A DNA stretch of 64,000 nt from Candidatus Alloenteromonas pullistercoris. Its GTDB lineage: Bacteria > Bacillota_I > Bacilli_A > RFN20 > CAG-826. Of this stretch, positions 20,501 through 28,219 are shown in pieces; positions within the stretch are counted from its first letter, which is position 1, and each line of letters starts with the position of its first letter. Below the pieces are notes generated by a model, which was given only the letters and a program-made list of their open reading frames with translations, had not been told where the DNA came from and did not search any database. The DNA is taken from NCBI GenBank assembly GCA_017694295.1, contig JADINA010000039.1:22957-86956 (forward strand), given 5' to 3'. A program made the translations under genes and the position numbers.

Positions 20501-22588
20501 CTAATTCGCGGCTTTGCGCATCGCCTTCCTTTGCCTCCTTTTGCCTTCGTTCCTTTCCCTTGCCAAATCCAGCCTATCCCCAATATAGGAGAGAAGGCGG
20601 TCGGCAAGGCAAAGATAAAAGGAGCCGGGGGAAAGAAACTCGGGGAAGAGGAAAAAGGAAAGGAAAAGCAAGAAAAGAAGGAGAAAGCAAAGGTGGGCGA
20701 AGCCACTATAAGAGGAGACAAGGCAAAATCCAAGGGGGAGGCAGAGCAGGAAAAGGAAGGCAAAGGAGCCAGTCGCCTTAAGAAAGGCAAAAAGGAGCAT
20801 TTTCCAATCGGGTTTAGCGAAGAAAATGGCAAAAAGGGCGAATGAAAGCATGAAGGCAAAAGAGCAAATGGCCACCCAAAGCGAGGGGAAGAAGGCACTA
20901 AGCAGCCCAAAAAGGGCGTATCCAAGAAGCGGGACAAAGACCAAATAGCCCCACTTGCCCGCCTTCCCCTGAATCGAAAGGGCAAATAAAAGCAAAAGCA
21001 AGGAAAGGGTATTGCCCAAAAGAGGGTAAACAAAGCCCTTATCCGAAAAGGCGAATAGCCCGATGGGCAAGGCGATGGCGAATATCGCCGCAAGGGCGAG
21101 GGAAAATCCATAAGTCCAGCCGCCGCGTAGAAGCGGGATGCGCTCGGCAGGCGAATACCCCTTTGCCTTCGCCCCGCCTTTTAGCAAGCTCAAAACCGGA
21201 AGGAAGATGAAAAGAAGGGAGAGGTAGCCTTTAACGTCGGGGATCAAAAAGGAGGTCGATTCGTTGATGCCGTGGACGGAGATGGCGAGGAAGGAAAGAA
21301 GGGAACAATAGGCGATATTGCGATCAGCCTTGAAGGCCTTAATGAGCCAAATCACGTAGCAAACGATAAAGAAAAGATAGATGAGGCAGCGTAACGCCCC
21401 GCCCGAGCAAAGCAGATGGATCGGGCCGTTATGGACGAAGAACATGTTGTTTAGCGAGGTGGCCCCGGTGTCGAACATGGCGCTTAAAAGGTGGCCGAGG
21501 TTATATTCCCCGACGCCAAAAAGGAAGCGGATGGGGTCGTCTTTAAGCATGTTGACCGCCCCAAAGTATATGTCGCGGCGCGACAAAATGGTCGGGCCGG
21601 AGGAGAACTGTAGCGAATCGAGGAAGTTGCGGGCGAACCGGCTTAAGACGTCCTCCCCGCCGAAAACCTCGAAATAGCCAAGCAAAAAAAGCGTAACCGG
21701 CAAAAGGATGGAAAGCGATAAGGCCAGGCAATCGCGAAGCGGATGCCGCTTTAATGTCAAGGCGAAGCGAAAAACCCCAAAGGCGGCGATGACGGCGATC
21801 GCGATGAGGATCGAGGTCTTCGAGACGACAAAGAATAGCTCGACCAAAAAGAAACAAAGCAATACGTAGTTTAGGAAGAAGGGGCGCTTGGAATGGAGGT
21901 AGCAAAGGGCGAGGCAGCCAAACACCAGGCACGTCCCGAAGGTGTTGCGGTTGTAGAAGAAGCTTTCGGGCACGAGGTCGGAGTCCAGCGCCTTCTCGCT
22001 ATGGAAATACTGGGCATAGGCCTCCGGCTCCTTGAAGAAGGAATAAAGGCAGGCGAAGAAGGCGACGAAAACGACCCCAAAGAAAAAGAAATTGAGGGAA
22101 TAGCCGCCTTTTAGGCAGGAAGGCAAGACGGCGAAAAGCAAATAGAAATAGGCGCAGCCAAGGAGGTAACTCAGGATGTAGCGGACCCTATCCGAAAGAG
22201 CAAGGGCGTAGGAATACTGGGTGGCGGTCCCGTCTAGATGGACGGTGAAGCCGCTGACTTCCGAGGGGAAGACGAGCAAGGCCACTAGGTTGCCAAGGAA
22301 CAAAAGCGAAACGGCGAGTAAAACCGGCCAATTGAGCTTCGGCCTCGCGTATTTGTAGGCGGCTAGGCAAAAAAGGGCGATCGAAAGGACTGAGGCGGCA
22401 TAGCAAAGCCCATACTCAATTGGGTCCATGCTCAAGTGGTTTGGCTCGTTGAAGAAGGCGATGGCCTCCGAGCAATACGCCCCTAGGCAAATAGAGAGCA
22501 GAAACAGCCCGGCAAGCAGGAAAGGCGGCGCATTCCGTGACCTTCCCAAGCCGAATATCGAAGCGAGTTTTGCGGGCATATTGCGCAT
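20501..22588 (-). CDS. Large O-antigen ligase / Wzy_C-like polytopic membrane protein
   Basis: 695 aa with many TM segments. Carries FFYNRNTFG, SKTS, a large loop with SRRDIY, FGVG and VHNGPIHLLCSGG, in the WaaL/O-OTase layout. Confidence 0.7.
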   Translation of the reverse strand: MRNMPAKLASIFGLGRSRNAPPFLLAGLFLLSICLGAYCSEAIAFFNEPNHLSMDPIEYGLCYAASVLSIALFCLAAYKYARPKLNWPVLLAVSLLFLGNLVALLVFPSEVSGFTVHLDGTATQYSYALALSDRVRYILSYLLGCAYFYLLFAVLPSCLKGGYSLNFFFFGVVFVAFFACLYSFFKEPEAYAQYFHSEKALDSDLVPESFFYNRNTFGTCLVFGCLALCYLHSKRPFFLNYVLLCFFLVELFFVVSKTSILIAIAVIAAFGVFRFALTLKRHPLRDCLALSLSILLPVTLFLLGYFEVFGGEDVLSRFARNFLDSLQFSSGPTILSRRDIYFGAVNMLKDDPIRFLFGVGEYNLGHLLSAMFDTGATSLNNMFFVHNGPIHLLCSGGALRCLIYLFFIVCYVIWLIKAFKADRNIAYCSLLSFLAISVHGINESTSFLIPDVKGYLSLLFIFLPVLSLLKGGAKAKGYSPAERIPLLRGGWTYGFSLALAAIFAIALPIGLFAFSDKGFVYPLLGNTLSLLLLLFALSIQGKAGKWGYLVFVPLLGYALFGLLSAFFPSLWVAICSFAFMLSFALFAIFFAKPDWKMLLFAFLKATGSFAFLFLLCLPLGFCLVSSYSGFAHLCFLLLFLLFLSFFLFPEFLSPGSFYLCLADRLLSYIGDRLDLARERNEGKRRQRKAMRKAAN

Positions 22589-22623
22589 TATATACGCCTA
22601 ACGCGATAAAGGGTAGGAAGCAT

Positions 22624-22651
22624 AAAAAAGCCGCCCTCTTGCGGGGGCGGC
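22624..22651 (-). terminator. Intrinsic terminator after the TasA-like gene
   Basis: GCCGCCC/GGGCGGC stem followed by TTTTTT on the minus strand. Confidence 0.75.
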
Positions 22652-22677
22652 CATTTGCCGAAAGGCGAAGTCGGATA

Positions 22678-23589
22678 TTAGGCGCCGACGTAGGTGTCGA
22701 GGCCGGTGAAGCCTAGGACGACGTTGACGAGCCCGCCGTTGGCGGCGTCGGAGATGGCACAGGTACCTTCGAGCCAGATGGCGCAGGTGAGGTAGATGCT
22801 CTCGCCGCCTTTGATGGTCCCAACATAGGTCGAGACGTCGGTGGTGTTAGCCTCAACTCCTTTGCCGTCTTGATCCTCGATTGAGGGGATGGTGGCGATG
22901 GTCGAGTAGAAGTTCTCGGCGTCCGGTTCGGAATAGGTGGCAAGGGTTCCAGCGTCATCGACATACTTGTCATCGACGTCGCTGAGGTTGTCGTTGTTCA
23001 TGAAGACGAGGTTCCCGGCCGAGGTGAGGTCGGTCATGGCGTGGGTGCCGGTCGCGGAAGCCTGCTTGGCGATGGCGACCCGAATCCAATCGGCCATGGC
23101 CTTGTCTTCGCTGTCATCGCTTTGGACCGGGTTGATCCGGGTGTTTTCCGGATCGAGGTAGACGTCAAGCGAGCCGATGCCTGATTCGGCGGTGTTGGTG
23201 ATGGTCAGCGAGAACTGGACGAACCCGGTGTCGCCATTGTATGCGACATAGCCATCCGGGGTGTTGTCATCGCTGAAGGAGGAATTGCCGGAGGAGACGT
23301 AATCGGAATAGAAATAGGTCCCGTCTTTCGAGGAGAGGTCGATGAGGGGAGCGGACCCGAAGTTGGCGGTGGCCGAGGCGGTCCCGTTGCCGGTGGCCTC
23401 GTTTATCCCTTTGGGGTTGCCGATTGAGATCGCGAGGCTGCCGTTGGGGTTTTTGGCGGTGATGTTGCTGATGGAGGCGCTCGCGCTGCGGGAGGTGGTG
23501 AACCAGGCGTAGGTGGCGGTGGCCCCAGCGGCGACGGTGCCGACGGTCAAGGCGCTGAGGGCGACGAGAAGTTTGCTTTTGGTTTTCAT
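22678..23589 (-). CDS. Secreted protein with SipW-type signal peptide (candidate major filament subunit, TasA/camelysin-like)
   Basis: MKTKSKLLVALSALTVGTVAAGATATYAWF leader; acidic Ser/Thr/Gly-rich body; C-terminal IWLEG. ATG 23589 has a GAAAGGA RBS. Confidence 0.75.
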   Translation of the reverse strand: MKTKSKLLVALSALTVGTVAAGATATYAWFTTSRSASASISNITAKNPNGSLAISIGNPKGINEATGNGTASATANFGSAPLIDLSSKDGTYFYSDYVSSGNSSFSDDNTPDGYVAYNGDTGFVQFSLTITNTAESGIGSLDVYLDPENTRINPVQSDDSEDKAMADWIRVAIAKQASATGTHAMTDLTSAGNLVFMNNDNLSDVDDKYVDDAGTLATYSEPDAENFYSTIATIPSIEDQDGKGVEANTTDVSTYVGTIKGGESIYLTCAIWLEGTCAISDAANGGLVNVVLGFTGLDTYVGA

Positions 23590-23731
23590 GAAAAAGAAAT
23601 CCTTTCGTTTTCGGCTCAAAATAGCCGGTGCGTCGGGATTCCAATGGCTTTAACGTAACAACGCTAAATATGTTTGGGCAATGCTCCGCAAGTCCGGCTT
23701 TGGGCGAGCCGCTTCCTTGTTCGGCGAGGCT

Positions 23732-23760
23732 ATGATACTAGGGGGAGGGAGGTTAATCAA
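23732..23760 (-). promoter_or_regulatory. Sigma-A-type promoter for the TasA-like gene
   Basis: TTGATT-N17-TATCAT on the minus strand, implying a leader of about 135 nt. Confidence 0.55.
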
Positions 23761-23899
23761 GAGGGCAGTCAACAAAAATCGGCCTTCGCGCGGGCAAAGA
23801 ACAAAGAAATGCCAAGCGTCGGCGAAACAATCTTTTTCTATTTATCAGTTCGCCCCTTTGCTATAATTCGACCGAAACAAATGCTTTGAGGCCGGGAAG

Positions 23900-24286
23900 A
23901 TGGATAGGAAAAAGAAAATAACGCTGGCGGCGATCGGGGCGGTTAAGGCCGCGATCATCGTCTTCGGGCTCGTGGTGTCGATAATCGTCATCGCCACCTA
24001 CATTTCCCCCGAGGAAAGCGGGGACTACCTGACGCAGAACGTCGCCGAGAACGGCCCGTTCATCGGCTGGCTGCAAAATAACCCCACCCCATTCTTCCTG
24101 CTCATAGTATTGCCACTATTGATAATCTTGGCCGCCGACATCGTCTATTTGGTCTATTTCGCCCTCAAGCGCGAATCCAAGCTAAGTGAGAAAGAACGCG
24201 ACGCGATCGCCGAGAAAGCCAAAGAAGAGGCGAGGGCCGAATTGCTTAAGGAACTAGGCGAGGAGGAAAAAGGGCAAGGCAAGTAA
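23900..24286 (+). CDS. Small two-TM membrane protein with charged C-terminal tail
   Basis: 128 aa with two hydrophobic helices. Upstream TGCTATAAT and a downstream hairpin plus T-run. Confidence 0.75.
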   Translation: MDRKKKITLAAIGAVKAAIIVFGLVVSIIVIATYISPEESGDYLTQNVAENGPFIGWLQNNPTPFFLLIVLPLLIILAADIVYLVYFALKRESKLSEKERDAIAEKAKEEARAELLKELGEEEKGQGK

Positions 24287-24307
24287 GCCCCACCCCAGCT
24301 AACCTTT

Positions 24308-24340
24308 AGGCGCCTCCCCTATGGGGAAGACGCTTTTTTC
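24308..24340 (+). terminator. Intrinsic terminator
   Basis: GCG.CTCCCC/GGGGAAGACGC hairpin followed by TTTTTT. Confidence 0.6.
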
Positions 24341-24371
24341 TTGACATGCCCGCCTCCTCGCCTACAAAATA

Positions 24372-24458
24372 GCCGCGTGAAAAGCAAAGCCAGGGAAACC
24401 TGGCGGCGCAAAACTAAAGGGCCTACCCCGAATCGGAACGGCAGCCAGTTACCCCGGA
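24372..24458 (+). ncRNA. GEMM-I (cyclic-di-GMP-I family) riboswitch, A20 variant
   Basis: GCAAA-GCCAGG-GAAA-CCTGGC-GGCGCAAAACTAAAGGGCCTA...GGCAGCCAGTTACC follows the GEMM-I layout. It lies downstream of a TTGACA box at 24341. Confidence 0.85.
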
Positions 24459-24614
24459 AGGAAGCGAAGCCGAGCTTCGTGGGCAACTGAGCGCGGTCTA
24501 GCCTCTTTCCCGATAAGGGCTGAAGGCCTTTTTCCCCGGAAAAGCGATTCCAATGGTATGTCCGGGGAGGATGCCGAGCGCGGATAATGTCCGCGGCCTG
24601 GAGGTTTTTTCGCT

Positions 24615-25592
24615 TTGGCCAAGGAAGACAAAATCAAAAAGCCGAAGGAGAAGAAGCCACGCAAGCAAGGCAAAGGCGAGAGCCTGCCGAAGATCGACGC
24701 CCCGGGGATGCTTGGTCAAAGCACGCCGGAGAAAGTCGCCAAAAGGCATAGGCGCCGCACCATCGCCGCTTTCGTGGCCTCGATAAGCTCCGCGGTTTTG
24801 ATCGCATTATCGATCATCGCCTTTTTGGGCCGGGTTTCCGGCAATTTCACCGTGACCATCGACCCCCGGGACTACACCAACCGCCTGACCCTGAGTCAAG
24901 GGATAGACGGATCGCGCACGCCGACGTTATTAGGCTCTGGCATCGAAAACGCCAAGCCGATCGCCGCAAGCGAGGTGTTCCGCTACCTCGAAAACGAGGT
25001 CTACCCGCTTCCGAAACAAGAGGCGGAGGGCTCGCATAACTACGAGGTCGGCGAGGGCGAGGAGCGAAGCGCCTACGCCATGGTCTACACCTTCTACCTC
25101 CACAACCAAACCGACGAAGAGCTGCCCTACCGGCATAGCTTCTTCATCGAGAGTTACAGCTCCCCGACCAACGACGCGCTTGAGCCATATGAGTATCTGC
25201 GCATCGCCCTTTACGTAAACGAGCCCGCCTCCTTCCCCGGGGACGAGGAAACGCACGAAAAGGAAATATATGGGCTGGAATCGAATTACCCGGGCACGGG
25301 CGAGGGGGAAAACGACACGCGTGAATGCGTCTCCTCCTTCACTGGCCCAGTCGATGAAGACGGCAACCCGATAACCCGCTACCCCCGCACCGATTCGGGG
25401 GAGGAGAGTAGCGGCTATTGCACCCCCTTCATCGACTCCACCGGCCACATAATCGACGAAACCAGGACCATCCTCCCGCTGCAGACGCTCCGCTACACGG
25501 TCGTCGCCTGGCTTGAGGGCTTCGACCCCGAATGCCGGGGAAAGGCCCCCGAGGGGGCTTCCATGACTTTCCGGATGGAGTTCGACGCCTGA
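24615..25592 (+). CDS. Membrane-anchored paralog of the WLEG-type filament subunit family
   Basis: TTG start after GGAGG. Lys-rich N-tail, one TM segment, then YTFYLHN, YLRIAL and VVAWLEGFDPEC. Confidence 0.7.
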   Translation: MAKEDKIKKPKEKKPRKQGKGESLPKIDAPGMLGQSTPEKVAKRHRRRTIAAFVASISSAVLIALSIIAFLGRVSGNFTVTIDPRDYTNRLTLSQGIDGSRTPTLLGSGIENAKPIAASEVFRYLENEVYPLPKQEAEGSHNYEVGEGEERSAYAMVYTFYLHNQTDEELPYRHSFFIESYSSPTNDALEPYEYLRIALYVNEPASFPGDEETHEKEIYGLESNYPGTGEGENDTRECVSSFTGPVDEDGNPITRYPRTDSGEESSGYCTPFIDSTGHIIDETRTILPLQTLRYTVVAWLEGFDPECRGKAPEGASMTFRMEFDA

Positions 25593-26644
25593 TGGATAGT
25601 GACCTCAAGACGATAAAGAGCCTCCTTCTTTTAGGGGCCTCCGCCTTCATTTTCGCCCTAACCGGGGCCGGGGTCGCGACCTATGCCTTCTTCGACATAT
25701 CGGAGGGGGCGAAGGTCAGCCACCTCGAATTCGGCGTCGATGGGGGCGGGTCGTTGCTGCTTGGGTTAAAGGAAAACCTAAGCGGCGATATAACCTATTA
25801 CCAAGAAGTCGACGACGAAACGCTCTCCCGCCATTACCCGAGCTACTCCCCGGGTGCCTCCTTGTCCCCGGTGTCCTCGATGATGCGGGACAGCTGGCTT
25901 CTCCCCTCCTTCGACCTAAATACCGGCTTCCCGGTGTTTTACGGGGATTATGGGGAATACGACGACCCAACCTCGCCCCGCGTCGCCAGGCAAGGCTATA
26001 TCCAGTTCGAGGCCTATTTCCTTTCTGACGAAGACGGCTACCTCTACCTAGGTCAAGACACGGGGATAACCCCGCTAGAGGAGGAAAACCGGGCAAAAGA
26101 AGAGGAGAAAGAGCTCCCCGATGGGACGCTAGACAAGGTTGTCGAGGGGGTGAGAGTCTCCTTCCTCTCCTGCCTTGGCTATCAGATCCTCGATTGCCGC
26201 GGCGGGGAGAAGGCGACCTACGCCGGGCCGCTTGACATAAACGGGGACGGTTATCGGGAAATAGATTCCTCCGGGAGGGAAATACTCTATGGAGAATATG
26301 AGGGTGAGCCGGTATTCGGCGAACCGCTATCCGAAGAGGCCATAAACCCGGACGGAACCAAAAGCGCTAAGGGGAGCCGACCGCTACTTGAAGAGGAATC
26401 GGCGCAAAACGGATTGACGTTTGCCAAGGAAGAGAGCAAGACGCTTGAAGAGCTTACCAACCCAGGCACCACATCGACCGTCTCCGCCGCCCCGATAGCC
26501 AAGCTAAGCGCCAACGTCCCGGAAAGGACGGTCATCACCATCTACCTCGAGGGATGGGATAAGGAGGTCAACGACCTCGTCGAGGACGGATCGTTCTCGC
26601 TTAAGCTCGAGTTCAACGCATTGCTAATGCCTTTATCGGCATAA
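25592..26644 (+). CDS. Secreted protein with SipW-type signal peptide (WLEG-type subunit)
   Basis: ATG overlaps the upstream TGA. Leader ends GAGVATYAFF; carries GYIQFEAYF, VRVSF and IYLEGWD. Confidence 0.75.
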   Translation: MDSDLKTIKSLLLLGASAFIFALTGAGVATYAFFDISEGAKVSHLEFGVDGGGSLLLGLKENLSGDITYYQEVDDETLSRHYPSYSPGASLSPVSSMMRDSWLLPSFDLNTGFPVFYGDYGEYDDPTSPRVARQGYIQFEAYFLSDEDGYLYLGQDTGITPLEEENRAKEEEKELPDGTLDKVVEGVRVSFLSCLGYQILDCRGGEKATYAGPLDINGDGYREIDSSGREILYGEYEGEPVFGEPLSEEAINPDGTKSAKGSRPLLEEESAQNGLTFAKEESKTLEELTNPGTTSTVSAAPIAKLSANVPERTVITIYLEGWDKEVNDLVEDGSFSLKLEFNALLMPLSA

Positions 26645-26662
26645 AGGAAAGGGAGGAAGGAC

Positions 26663-28210
26663 ATGACCGCTTACTTCGATTACCTGAAGCACATGATAAT
26701 TGAGTTTTTCACCAACTTTGGGCTGTTTTTCTACGACGTCTTTGCCGGGCCTTGGAAAAGGGTGCCCGCCGAGATCGACTACTACAACTCCCTTTATGCC
26801 AACTACTCCCCCGACTTCGGGGCGGGCGGATGGTTCTTCTTCGTCCTTTTCCTCCTTCTTTTGCTAGCCGCGCTGGCCGCTTTCGGATACCTTATATACT
26901 ACCTTATCACCAAATACGTACATTTTAGGGCCAAAACCGAGGACGTAGGCAAATACCGGAGCGAGATTGAGCGGCTCAACCTCGAGCTTTACCACGCGAT
27001 ATCCGAAAAGGACCGGGTCCTCGGGCTTCAGGTCGCCTCCTTATCCGGTATCGCGCCCGTCTCTGAGGCAGGGAGCGCCAAAACCGAGAAAAAGGAAGAG
27101 GAAGGCGAAAAAGACGAAAGGCGCTTCCCCAAGCTTGCCAACGTCGACGCCGAATACCTCACCCCGATGCCGGCCACCAGGTTGCCAGATGACGCCGAGG
27201 GCATCGGCTTAAAGGGCATTTGCGAGCGCTTCCGCCTTTTCTGCGCCTCCCAGCTCGGCCTTTATTACACCATCGACACGATGCGCGAGTTCATCGCCTC
27301 GATCGGGACGAGCAAGATCATCATCCTCGAGGGCATCTCCGGCACCGGCAAAACCTCCTTGCCCTACGCGTTTGGCCGCTTTTTGAAGCATAACGCCACC
27401 ATCTGCTCGGTCCAGCCAAGCTGGCATGACCGCTCCGAGCTACTCGGCTATTACAACGACTTCACCCACCGCTTCACCGAGACCGAGTTCCTGCGGGCCG
27501 TATACGAGGCGACTTACCGCGACGACCTTTCCGTCATCGTCCTCGACGAGATGAACCTCGCCCGCATCGAATACTATTTCGCCGAGTTCCTCTCAATCAT
27601 GGAAATGCCTAACGTCAGCGAGTGGAACATCTCGCTTGTCGCGGCCCCAAGGGAGGATGACCCGCGCCACCTTAACGAGGGGAGGCTCCTAATCCCGCAA
27701 AACATCGTCTTCGTCGGCACAGCCAATAACGACGACTCGACCTTCACCATCACCGACAAGGTCTACGACCGCTCGATGTCGCTTTTCTTCGACAACAAGG
27801 GCATCGCCTTCGAATCGGAATTCACCGAGGCCTGCCCCCTCCCCTACGACTATCTTTCCTCCCTTTTCGCCAAAGCCAAGGTCGATTACCCGCTTTCGGC
27901 GAAGACCCGGGAGAGGTTTGAGCAGCTAGACAGCTTCGTCATCGCCAAGTTCAAGCTGGCCTTCGGCAACCGCATACTCCGCCAGCTTGAATCCTTCGTC
28001 CCCTGCTATTGCGCCTGCGGCGGGACCGAGCTAGAGGCCGTCGACTACATGTTTGAGTCGAAGATACTCAAGAAGTTCGAGGTTTTGAACGTCTCCTTCC
28101 TCCGCGATGAGCTGCTTGAGCTCGATACCGAGCTAAGCAAGCTTTTCGGCAAAGGGGAGTTCAAGCGGAGCAAAGCCAAGATAAGGGGGTTCCTCAAGCA
28201 GGTGTCCTGA
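26663..28210 (+). CDS. Membrane-anchored McrB-like AAA+ NTPase
   Basis: Hydrophobic N-terminal region with a long TM helix and a coiled coil. Walker A GISGTGKT, Walker B IVLDEMN, LARIEYYF and GTANNDDST (McrB-type N-x-x-D). Confidence 0.8.
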   Translation: MTAYFDYLKHMIIEFFTNFGLFFYDVFAGPWKRVPAEIDYYNSLYANYSPDFGAGGWFFFVLFLLLLLAALAAFGYLIYYLITKYVHFRAKTEDVGKYRSEIERLNLELYHAISEKDRVLGLQVASLSGIAPVSEAGSAKTEKKEEEGEKDERRFPKLANVDAEYLTPMPATRLPDDAEGIGLKGICERFRLFCASQLGLYYTIDTMREFIASIGTSKIIILEGISGTGKTSLPYAFGRFLKHNATICSVQPSWHDRSELLGYYNDFTHRFTETEFLRAVYEATYRDDLSVIVLDEMNLARIEYYFAEFLSIMEMPNVSEWNISLVAAPREDDPRHLNEGRLLIPQNIVFVGTANNDDSTFTITDKVYDRSMSLFFDNKGIAFESEFTEACPLPYDYLSSLFAKAKVDYPLSAKTRERFEQLDSFVIAKFKLAFGNRILRQLESFVPCYCACGGTELEAVDYMFESKILKKFEVLNVSFLRDELLELDTELSKLFGKGEFKRSKAKIRGFLKQVS

Positions 28211-28219
28211 TAGAAAACC

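Noticed and set aside
23590-23725. Annotating the leader as a c-di-GMP-II riboswitch
   Set aside because: Only short fragments resemble the consensus and the pseudoknot could not be identified. Kept as an unassigned structured leader.
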